Both the position numbers and the translations under genes were made by a program. Positions 52,558-64,000 of a DNA stretch of 64,000 nucleotides are shown here, piece after piece. The stretch lies in assembly GCF_006345805.1 (NCBI RefSeq), contig NC_043010.1, positions 7,936,001-8,000,000 of the forward strand, read 5' to 3'. Position 1 is the stretch's first letter. The number at the start of each line of letters is the position of its first letter. Source of the DNA: Octopus sinensis. Lineage: Eukaryota. The notes below the pieces were generated by a model, which saw only the letters and a list, made by a program, of their open reading frames with translations, did no database searches and had not been told where the DNA came from.

Positions 52558-52990
52558 CTCTTTTACTCTTTTACTTGTTTCAGTCATTTGACTGCGGCCA
52601 TGCTGGAGCACCGCCTTTATCGAGCAACTCGACCCCGGGACTTATTCTTTTTGTAAGCCCAGTACTTATGCTATCAGTCTCTTTTGCCGAACCGCTAAGT
52701 AACGGGGACATAAACACACCAGCATCGGTTGTCAAGCAATGCTAGGGGGGATCAAAACCCAGACACACAAACACACACACGCACATATATATATAGATAT
52801 ATATATATATATATATATACATATATACGGACGGGCTTCTTTCAGTTTCCGTCTACCAAATCCACACACAAGGCTTTGGTCGGCGCGAGGCTATAGCAGA
52901 AGACACTTGCCCAAGATGCCACGCAGTGGGACTGAACCCGGAACCATGTGGTTGGTAACAAGCTACTTATCACATAGCCACTTCTGTGCC
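52558..52990 (-). mobile_element. Family A SINE
   Basis: Reverse-complement head-to-tail match. Confidence 0.9.
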
Positions 52991-53584
52991 TATGAAAGCA
53001 GATCTGGAGGGAAGACTGCAATTTCCTCAGGTTGTCCAGATAAACCTGTGACCAAATTTAGAATTTCAGTTTGAGGGAAAAAAAAAAGAAAAGAATCTTG
53101 TCTGAGCTTGGTGTCCAATGGAAATAAGAATATAATCAAATTTTTTAATGGAACCATGCAAATTCAAGAACCTTCCTCTGAAATACAGGGAGAAAAGATG
53201 GAAAGCATGGCTATACTTTTACAAGTTTGGCTGTAGAAAATTCCCTGTCAGTCAATATGAAGAATGCTTGCAACCATTGGAATAAGAAGAAGTGAGAAAA
53301 TAGCAGCTGTGTGGAAGGATGAGAGAGGCAGCAGAAAGTGTGCATTGCTAGTTATAGAGCAAGAGGGAAGAGTTAAGCTGGGAGTCAGGAGAATGATCAG
53401 CAATGATTTGACCAAAATTTCCAAGAGTCAAAATCCATAATGATCATTGGATATCTTATGATGACTTTAATTTTTCTGGCCAAAGCTACATTCACCAAAG
53501 ATGAATGGAGGCAAGAATCTTTTAGATGTACTCAGTACCATCTGACCCATGAAAGCATGGAAAAGTAGATGTTAAAACAATGAT

Positions 53585-53927
53585 ATCTTTATTTTTTATC
53601 TTTTACGTTTTATTTGTTTGAGTCTTTGATCCTTGAAGGATGTAGTTGAACAAATTGGCCCCAGTACTTCATTTTTAAGCCTGGAACTTTTCTATGGGTC
53701 TCTTTTGCCGAACTGCAAAGTAATGGGAACATGAACATACCAACACTGGTTGTCAAGCTGACAAATGCAAACACAAAGACACATACACATAGATATATTT
53801 ATATACATATTGGTTAACCCCCAGAGCTATAAAGGCATACACCTTCCCAAGTTGTCATGCCATGGGACTGAACCTGGAAATTTGTTGTTGGGAAGCAAGT
53901 TTCTTACCACAAACCACATCTGTGCTT
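53585..53927 (-). mobile_element. Older family A SINE
   Basis: Diverged reverse-complement match. Confidence 0.65.
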
Positions 53928-53954
53928 ATGATAAGGATTTATAAAGATATATAA

Positions 53955-53986
<32 letters not shown>

Positions 53987-54275
53987 ATTTAAATATTTCT
54001 ATACATACACAAACACACATATATATGTATACATACATACAAGACTTGCAAAATGGAATAGGAAAAATCTGGGTTACATGTTTCATAGCAAGTGGAACCT
54101 CAGAAATGGTAAAATCCCAAACGAGGTGTATACCACCAGCTACTCTTCAGATGAAGGATATCTTGATTAGATTAAAGGCTACATTGTCACAATGAGGTAC
54201 ATGTTGATGCAAAGAGGATTCAGTTAGAATGTGTGTGTCCATTTGTATACACAACACACACACACATTTGCATGT

Positions 54276-54603
54276 GCACAAACACACATGCAGAGGCAAG
54301 GCTAAGTAGATGAGAAGTTCACTTCACAACAAATAGTTTTAGGTCTAGATTTCACATTGGAAAAGTGTCTCCTATAAAATCTGAGGCTGATCAGGTCCTT
54401 GTGAGTGGATTTAAAACTGATACTGAAAACCTCTCATATATGCACACACACACACACACACACGTGTGCATGCGCACAAACACACATGCAGAGGCAAGGC
54501 TAAGTAGATGAGAAGTTCACTTCACAACAAATAGTTTTAGGTCTAGACTTCACATTGGAAAAGTGTCTCCTATAAAACCTGAGGCTGATCAAGTCCTTGT
54601 GAG
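54276..54603. repeat. Tandem duplication: 130-bp shared segment, 198-bp period
   Basis: 54276-54405 vs 54474-54603, three substitutions; bounded by (CA)n. Confidence 0.93.
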
Positions 54604-54948
54604 GTGACACACACACACACACACACATGCACACACATGCATATATGTATATGCATGTATTTGTGTATGAGAACATTGGTATATTTGCTTATATAAGTGC
54701 TTCTCCAAAATAATGGAGGTACAAGGAATGAGGGTGATGTCAATTGTCATGTTATTATATGTTGGCCTCGTGCTTTCAAAGTTGTGAAAACTTAAAGATA
54801 CCTCCCATGCGTTTTACATTTCAGCATTCTGAATTTAGCCATTTCAAATTGCTTTTTATAACTTCAATTAAAGAAAGCAAAGTTTATCATCCACGAAGGC
54901 AATAAGAAGACTGTACATGTATGATCACGTCTGCATTCACACACAACC

Positions 54949-55060
<112 letters not shown>

Positions 55061-55089
55061 TATATATATGTGCTAGTATAATATATAGT

Positions 55090-55290
55090 GCTGTGTTCTC
55101 TGGAGTGCAGCTCTCACAAGAAGAATTGTTCAGAGAAACTAAAGAGAAGAGGACTGTATGACAAGCAACAGTCCAGCTGGGTCCTAATTCTTCTATTGCA
55201 TGTCCACACTGTGACCATGAGTTTTATGCCAATATTGGCCTAATAAATCACCTCAGGGCTCACAAAGTGTAAGGCTTCTGAGACATGAAA
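55090..55290 (+). mobile_element. RTE-type LINE 3' relic
   Basis: SIACPHCDHEFYANIGLINHLRAHKV* resembles the RTE C-terminal C2H2-like motif. Confidence 0.6.
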
Positions 55291-55343
55291 GGTAAAATAT
55301 ATGTGTGTGTGTGTATGTATATATATAAATAAATATATATAAA

Positions 55344-55384
<41 letters not shown>

Positions 55385-55774
55385 CAATACACTCACACCA
55401 CCTCACATATATACTCACATGTTTATATATGGTGTATATATATGTATATATATGTATATGTATGATATGTTATATACACATATATACCATGCTATATAAT
55501 ATATCATATAAATTTATACATATATGTATATTTCCTTCTATAGGTTTCATAAAGATTTTTTTAGTTTCAAATAAAGATTTTACAAATCTATTTCTATCTC
55601 TCCTCCCCTCTTTGTTGTGTGTGTGTGTGTGTGCGTGTATGTGTGTGTATATACACACATGCACACACACACACACACATATATATATTATATATATGTA
55701 TACATACATATATTGATGTATGCATAAATGCATGTGTATACCTACACACACACACATATATATATGTATATACG

Positions 55775-55805
<31 letters not shown>

Positions 55806-57116
55806 TCTCATGTGTATGTATGAATGTATTAATATATACATACACATATTCATACATATATGTTTGCATATATTTATACATATACATATATATTTGTATG
55901 TATGTATGTATGTATGTATGTATGTATGTATGTATGTATGTATGCATGCATGCATGCATCTTTTTATCTATGTATTCACTCACACACTGCATGTACATAA
56001 TTACATAAATATCCATGCCATATTCTATGTATTAACAGCTATTGGATGTCAGGAAAATGAGTGTTAGTAGAGGGAAATGTGATAAAGATATATAACTGAA
56101 CATACACATACATACGCAAGAACATATACATATATAAATATACACACTCACACTCACACACACATGTAACTGTAGCATTCACATAAAACAGCTTTGTATG
56201 TGAATGCTAGAGAAAGCTAAAAATATAATATTACAAAACTGTAAAAAAAAAAGTTTTTAGAAAATTACAAAAAAAAAATCAATCACATTATTTTATCAAC
56301 TAAAGAATACTTGAGTAGTTCTAAAAGGTTTCAAAAACATTTGTTAGAGAAAAAGCTCTCTAATAATAACTGGAAGCATGAGAAATTCTACAATATAAAC
56401 AATGAATTATTATGAATAAGGAAATTGGAAAAAAATATCCAATTTGTTTTGTAAAAGCAGAGAAATTTTTTTTCTACTTCTGTTTGTCAATTTTGAAAAC
56501 AATAAACAGGATTCAGATTGTGAGTTGCTTCTATTATTTTACTGAGAAATAGAAGAAGAAAAGTGATAGAGAGAGAAAAATGTATTATTAAGGAATTTAA
56601 GAAACTTTTTTATATTAATTTTGGCTTTTGAGTTATGGAAATTATTAGCGTAATATTTTGGAAACATCCAAAGTTTGAGATTTTTAAAAAAGTGGTAAAA
56701 GAATTAGATAAATATAATAAATAATGTATTAAATCCATTTGATTTTGTTTTTGTTCTTAATATAACAGCTTATAATAATAATTCTAGAGGCTATATACAT
56801 ATTGGCAGAGATACAAATAACATTTGTCCCAATTTGTGTTATAAACTATTTAGAAATAGGAGGTAGATTTTATATGAATAATTGATATCTTATATTCAAA
56901 TGAGATTTAAAATGATATCTAAATATATACTAGAAAGGGTGATTAGAAAACTTAGAAACTTAAATCTATTATCAAAAAAACTATAAGAAAAGAAAAAGGA
57001 AAACATTTGGTTTATCAACTTAGTGTTTGTGTGTGGAAATTACATTTTGTTGTAAAGAGAAAAGTAATGTATACGGATTACTACTTAGAAACAGAATAAT
57101 AATAATAATAATAATA

Positions 57117-57172
<56 letters not shown>

Positions 57173-57813
57173 TTAATAATAATAATAAATAAATAAAAGG
57201 TATATCAACAACTGTCACAGTCAGACAGAATTACTTTTTAACTAAGAATCATATAGATATATATGTTCATATGTTGCGTGTGCGTGTGTGTATATGTGTG
57301 TATGTATGTTTATATTTTCATGTAATAAAATGTTCATAATAATATCATTAAAAAACCCATAGTATACTCTGAACTTTTGACAAGTAGATAAGCTTATGTT
57401 TATATGTACCAATGAATGTTAGTGTTTAAAGTTAATGTTAAAAAATATCATGAACAAAAATACTCCTTGTTAATTAGTTAAATATGAAAGTAGCAATCCC
57501 ACTTGAAGATTTTGAATATGCTAATAACAAAAAAAAACAAACACATATATGCAAATATCCCTATTTTGTTTAACTTTAACACCGCTATATGTAAGTATAC
57601 AAAACTTGATAAAAATTCATATTCTAAACTTGTGCATAGCTAAGTATATTTTGTTTACTATTTTTTAACTTTGTTTTTACTCTGTCAGTTATACTAACAC
57701 TGCTTTATAGTATTTAATAGTTTGAACGCTTGTGACATTTGTAACTATATAACATAACATACAGATACTTCACTATATGAAGAATATACAAATAACAATA
57801 TATAGCTACTTAC

Positions 57814-58010
57814 TTGCACAAGTGAATCTTTGCCAGTGTGCCATTACATGCGATGTGTATTCTGCTGTAGAGTTGTACAGTTACTGCTGCTGTTATATGC
57901 TAGCAGTGTTATGTGGCTTGGCCTATGTTATGGTAATGTAAAGTCTGCACTTCTACTAGTCATAGTAGTGTATATGCAATGTTTGATTGTCTGTTGCAAC
58001 CAATGAATGG
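57814..58010 (-). other. Candidate non-coding 5' exon of the protocadherin (far boundary uncertain)
   Basis: Donor CAA|GTAAGT at 57814/57813; unique, GC-richer sequence; stops in all three frames; lies in a SINE-free island. Confidence 0.35.
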
Positions 58011-58369
58011 CTTTTGTGAAATCACATGAATACCCCCAACCAAATAAGTAAATAAAAAATAAATAAACAAACATTAACTCTAATAATTTTTTTAACTAAA
58101 ATTTTAATTTATTTTATGTCTATAATTTGCATGTAAATGTTGAAAATTAATTTTATTTTTAATAAATTTCTATATATCTTTCCAGTTTAATTTTTCAATA
58201 ATAACTGTTATGGTATAGAGAAAAAGTAAATTAACAAGCAAAACTACTGTACATAGCTAAATACATATGTTTAAAATGTTTACAAAGTTATAAAGTCTGT
58301 GATTTAATTTCCTATTTCATGATGCAAAAAGCGTGTATATACTAAAATAGCACTGAACTTCCAACTTAC

Positions 58370-58384
58370 CTCTACTCTGAGTTC
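58370..58384 (-). other. Candidate microexon (15 nt; or 50 nt using the acceptor at 58419)
   Basis: gtttctgttgctattttAG|GAACTCAGAGTAGAG|GTAAGT, a consensus donor. Confidence 0.35.
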
Positions 58385-59249
58385 CTAAAATAGCAACAGA
58401 AACTCTCACAACTTATCTTCTACAGAGAAATGCTTTCCATCTTCAACATACAATAAATTACACAATTTTCCATGCCTATATTAAAATCATCTTTCCCTTG
58501 TGAAAAATTCAAGAACTGGGAATAAAATTGCGAATTAAAATATAAGTTTATAGTGAATATTATGAGCTGTATTCCTAGTAATGAAGTTATCAGCCAATCT
58601 TCATTCAGTGGAGTTGGAAATAAATAACTGAATTTTGTTTTTGTTTTTTTCAGTTTTATTTTTGATTATTATTTTCAACTAAAGAATGGCCTTAGGAGAA
58701 ATTTTATTTCAAGATTGTTGCCAAAATTTATTATATATTATGATAAAGCCTACAGAGTTATCCAAGAAAATTCAATAATTTCAAGAAAATTTTGTGTAAC
58801 AATTGGCCTCTCTATGGAATAACAAGTAGGTTACTTATAAAACATTTGGTTTCTGAAGCTATATTTGGTATTTAAGAAAATGAAAGTAGAAAACAAAAAC
58901 AAAAAAATCAGCATCTTTCATGAGATAAAAGAAGGAGTGTGACAAATTTGTGAATGTTGTTCTAAGGCAATATATGAAACATTCATTAATTTAACTATAT
59001 TACACATTCAACATTCCAATGACAACAAGAATATTTAAAATGGATATTTTAAAATTATTCTGCCTTTCAGTGTCTGAAAATGATATTCCTGTGACCTTTG
59101 TGGAGGAAATAGTTTATATCTGTTACACAATATTTTAACAGTACTAATCTTACATCTGTTCTGTTTTAGATAATATAAACACACACACAAGTACACACAC
59201 ACACACACATATGTATGTACATATATGTGTGTATGGTATATTATATATG

Positions 59250-59289
<40 letters not shown>

Positions 59290-59359
59290 GTGTGGTGTGA
59301 TGTGTGTATGTATATGTTGGTATATATATATATCTATAATATAGATAGATAGATAGATA

Positions 59360-59525
59360 GATGCAGCAGGGCTATATGGTAGAAACTTGCTTCCCAACCA
59401 CATGGTTCCAGCTTCAGTCCCACTGTGTGGCACCTTTGGGCAAGTGTCTTCTACTATAGCCTCAAGCGAACCAAAGCCTCATGAGTAGACTCAGTAGATG
59501 GAAATGGAAAGAAGCCTGTCGTAAG

Positions 59526-59563
<38 letters not shown>

Positions 59564-59786
59564 GTGTGTGTGTGTGTGTGTGTGTATGTGATAGTGTTTG
59601 TCCCCCAACCATTGCTTGGTAGCTGATGTTGATGTGTTAGCGTCTCAATAATCTAGCGGTTTGGCAAGAGTGACCAATAGAATAAGTGCTAGACTTGCAA
59701 GGAATAAGTCCTGGGGTCAATTTGTTTGACTAAATGCGGTGCTCCAGCATAGCCACAGTCAAATGACTGAAACAGATAAAAGAATA
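59360..59786 (+). mobile_element. Family A SINE (moderately diverged)
   Basis: Head-to-tail match. Confidence 0.82.
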
Positions 59787-59789
59787 TAT

Positions 59790-59834
<45 letters not shown>

Positions 59835-61318
59835 TATATATGCATGTATGTATGTATGTATATATATATATATATTTTTTTTTATATATATATATATATA
59901 TGAATGTATGTTTGTATTTAGGCATGTATAGGTCTATGTATGTATGTATATGTGTGTGTAAGTATGTACATACATACATATGTTTCATAATTTTCATTAT
60001 CTCAACGTCATTTCCCATTTGTTTTTCATTTCATGTATGTGGTGCTAAACAAATGTATTTAACTGAAAATTTTCATTGCATTTATTGTACAAAATTGCAA
60101 CATTGTGTGTACCAGAGATTACGAATAAGCAGTTTCTTCCTCCTTTACACCAGCAACACAATGTTGAAATGACGTAGTTTCCTGAAATATTTCTGTGTGA
60201 CATTAAAAAGAAAACTCCTAGCCTATAATCATCAGTTTTGAGGTTGTAATGAAGGAAAGAAGAGAATGAATCCACACAACCATTGCTCTGCACATCTCTC
60301 CAAAATGAAAGAAACACTGATGCCAAAACCTAATGAAGCCTGTTTAATTTCGAAATACATTAACAATATATGAGTAGTTGGTGATGATTGTTGTGCTACA
60401 CTCAAAAGACAGTTTAGCTGGATACATGATTACAAATGTAGGAAATAAGTAACTTGAGATTCAATAACAGTAAATCTAGAAGAATATTGGCACCAACAAA
60501 TGGTGAGGCTATGATTGTGAAATGAGTTAGTTTAATAAGGGAAATTGCTTGCCACATTTGGTTTGAATCTGAACATGAAAGGTGTCAGGTCCTTAATCTG
60601 AATAGATTAGTAGTCAACTATCTGAATAGCATAATTTGAACTATATCAAAAGTAAATAGAAATTGAAAAGAAGTCTGCCAGTAATATGTGGATATACAAG
60701 TGCAAAATTATGAACATTTTTCAACACAGGGAGAAACATATGTGCATGTGTATATATGCAAATATAAGTATGTATGTGAGAAACAAATTCAGAAAGTTGT
60801 TTGCATTTCTATGACAAACCAGCCAATATATTGCCTCTGGAAATATGCTAGTGTTGAATGCCAACAAATCAAACTAATGATATTCTATCCACTGAGTACA
60901 AGAGCAAGCTCATGAAAACGTTATCTCAATCGAATTAAACAAGAAATTCACTTTAATCAGATGTGTTAACTATCTTGTTTTTATCTGTTGATGATCGCAA
61001 TGGAATCATCACGTTAATCAACTTAGTGTTAAATTAAGCAACATCCATGCCCTACTATTCAAATCAAACTGCAATTGGCCTAAAACTATTAACATATCTG
61101 TCTATTTCTTAATCTTTATTTACATAATTCTTAACACAGAAAGAAAATTTAAATTTTATCAGAACTTTGCAAAATAAATACATGAATATACAAATAAATA
61201 AAATAACTAAGGTCTATACCTTCCTCCGACTATAACACTCACACTTGTCAATGTTTCTTGGTCACTACAGTATTAAACTTTATGGAGTTGAATGAAACTA
61301 ACTTAATTTTGCCTCTGA

Positions 61319-61389
<71 letters not shown>

Positions 61390-61407
61390 TATATCGATAT
61401 AGATATA

Positions 61408-61584
61408 GATGCAGCATGGCTATGTGGCTAGAAACTTGCTTCCCAACCACATTGTTCCAGGTTCAGTCCCACTGCGTGGCATCTTGGGCAAGCGTCTTCT
61501 ACTATAGCCTCGGGCTGACCAAAGCCTTGTGAGTGGATTTGGTAGACGGAAACTGAAAGAAGCCCATCGTATAAGTATATATAA

Positions 61585-61641
<57 letters not shown>

Positions 61642-61864
61642 TGTATGGGTGTGTGTATATATGTTTGTGTGTCTGTGTTTGTACCCCAACATCGCTTGAC
61701 AACCAATGACGGTGTGTTTATCCCTGTAACTTAGCGGTTCAGCAAAAGACACCGATACAATAAGTACTAGGCTTACAATGAATAAGTCCTGGGGTCGATT
61801 TGCTCGACTAAAGGCAGTGCTCCAGCATGCCCGCAGTCAAATGACTGAAACAAATAAAAGAGTA
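61408..61864 (+). mobile_element. Family A SINE
   Basis: Head-to-tail match. Confidence 0.88.
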
Positions 61865-62002
61865 AAACAGTATAATGTGTACTGTATATATATGTATATA
61901 TACATACATATGTATATATATATATATATATTACATATATTATATATATATATATGTATTATATACCACTATATATATATATCTATATATATCTATATAC
62001 AT

Positions 62003-62043
<41 letters not shown>

Positions 62044-62092
62044 CATATATATCTATAATATTTATATACATATATATACATATATATATATC

Positions 62093-62134
<42 letters not shown>

Positions 62135-62670
62135 TATGTATATATACACATATATATATACACCACATAAATACACACCATACACATATATATATATATA
62201 TATATATATAGATATAATATATACATATACATAATGGTAATACTGGGTGCCATAAATGTAGGAGCAAGGAAACAGTTATGTATTTAGCTGGATGATTTTA
62301 AAATTTAGACTTTATCTGGATGGTATTATATAATTGTTAAAACTAGGATATACTTGATGACTTTGTTACATGGTATTAAAGTAAAATACCTGAGCTTTAT
62401 TTTTTTCCTTTTTTATTGCTCATGAGTGACATGAGTGAAATGCTACATATAACGATATAACCTGTTAGTGCTTGCATTCTTGGTTATAAGAAAATAAATC
62501 TGGGTGGGATGTTTTCACAAATTACATTGTAATAGGGCAAGATATATATGTATGTTAGAAATGGTTAAACTCAAAGTAGATAAAGCCTTCAAACTTTTCT
62601 ATCAAAAGAGTTTTCAATTCAGTATTTACGCATTATTATTTATAGCCTTATCCACTTTGAGTTACACCAT

Positions 62671-62712
<42 letters not shown>

Positions 62713-62714
<2 letters not shown>

Positions 62715-62925
62715 TTCTCTTTTCTCTTTTACTTGTTTCAGTCATTTGACTGCGGCCATGCTGGAGCACTGCCTTTAATCGAGCAACTCGACCCCGGGAC
62801 TTATTCTTTTGTAAGCCCAGTACTTATTCTATCGCGTCTCTTTGCCGAACCACTGAGTGACGGGTACGTAAACACACCAGCATCGGTTGTAAAGCAATGC
62901 TAGGGGAACAAACACAGACACACAA

Positions 62926-62958
<33 letters not shown>

Positions 62959-63129
62959 CATATATACGACGGGCTTCTTTCAGTTTCCGTCTACCAAATC
63001 CACTCACAAGGCATTGGTCGGCCAGGGGCTATAGTAGAAGACACTTACCCAAGGTGCCACGCAGTGGGACTGAACCCGGAACCATGTGGTTGGTAGACAA
63101 GCTACTTACCACACAGCCACTCCTGCGCC
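62713..63129 (-). mobile_element. Family A SINE
   Basis: Reverse-complement match flanked by (TA)n; an extra internal fragment follows at about 63148-63190. Confidence 0.9.
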
Positions 63130-63502
63130 TATATATATATATATATATGACGGGCTTCTTTCAGTTTCCATCAACCAAATCCACTCACATATATAAGTAT
63201 ATATTTACAAAATGCGCTCTTTCAACAATGTTCTCGTTATACCTTGTTTGTAACTTTTGGGTAAATCTAATTTGCAAGATTTACCAGTTTTTCTTTTTCA
63301 TTAAATATGTAGGATTATTTTTTAAACCAAAGTCTTCTCACAAAATATTAAAGAACCATTTAATTGTTCTGTATATCAGATATGAAAAAATGTAAAGTGT
63401 TTACTTCATAAAATAATAAAGAACATAAGGTAGTATATATACATGAAAATATACATGTATCACAGAAAGACTGATGAAAGACCAACATATAGTCAATTCA
63501 TG

Positions 63503-63676
63503 GGTTGGCTGGCTGGTTGGTTGGTTGGTTAGTTGGTTGGCTGGCCGGTTGGTTGGCTGGTTGGCTGGTTGGTTGGTTGGATGGTTGATTGTACAGATAG
63601 ATAGACAGAGGTGAGTAGATTGCTAGACAGACAGACAGAGAGACAGACAGACATACAGACAGATAGATAGATAGAC

Positions 63677-63719
<43 letters not shown>

Positions 63720-63856
63720 GATAGATAGATAGATAGATAGATAGATGGGTAGACAGATGCATAGATAGATGGGTGTAGACAGACAGACAGACTGACAGGC
63801 AGGCAGACAGACAGACAGGCAGGCAGGCAGGCAGGCAGACAGACAGACAGACAGAC

Positions 63857-63892
<36 letters not shown>

Positions 63893-63902
63893 GGATGGAT
63901 GG

Positions 63903-63990
<88 letters not shown>

Positions 63991-64000
63991 ATAGATAGAT
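63503..64000. repeat. Compound (GGTT)n/(GACA)n/(GATA)n microsatellite running off the window
   Basis: Directly visible. Confidence 0.96.

Larger units (their letters stand above)
51700..53400 (+). mobile_element. HERO-clade non-LTR relic (RT motifs plus RLE) broken by two SINEs
   Basis: GITTGCKISIIL, GFIDNFIATT, TWARVTIKPK, IQGQPIP, MKADLEGRLQFPQVVQINL*P, KYREKRWKAWLY..GCR.FP, REAAE...KREELSW; stops and frameshifts. Confidence 0.7.

Overview
AT-rich, microsatellite- and SINE-dense animal genomic DNA, most likely octopus/cephalopod (inferred from the protocadherin type and the SINE repertoire). One real gene is visible: a minus-strand 6-EC protocadherin. Its signal peptide, whole ectodomain, TM helix and juxtamembrane tail lie in one 2.4-kb exon (44883-47257), which has a strong splice acceptor 50 nt before the ATG and a phase-0 donor. 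The ORF track reads through that donor. I found a second coding exon not in the ORF track, 11.4 kb downstream (33320-33482). It is in frame and encodes a DSGxG protocadherin tail motif. Candidate non-coding 5' exons lie in a SINE-free island at about 57.8-58.4 kb. The terminal exon is unresolved. The rest is repeats: at least five tRNA-headed or related SINE families (working labels A-E, some modular or composite), Tc1 and mariner relics, a TTAA MITE, a fold-back MITE, and RTE, R4/Dong and HERO LINE relics. There is also a Penelope-like end with a hammerhead-like fold, a 34-bp (2x17) minisatellite and many simple repeats. Nearly all other ORFs in the track are artefacts of simple repeats or SINEs. 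Family assignments come from recalled motifs, not database searches.
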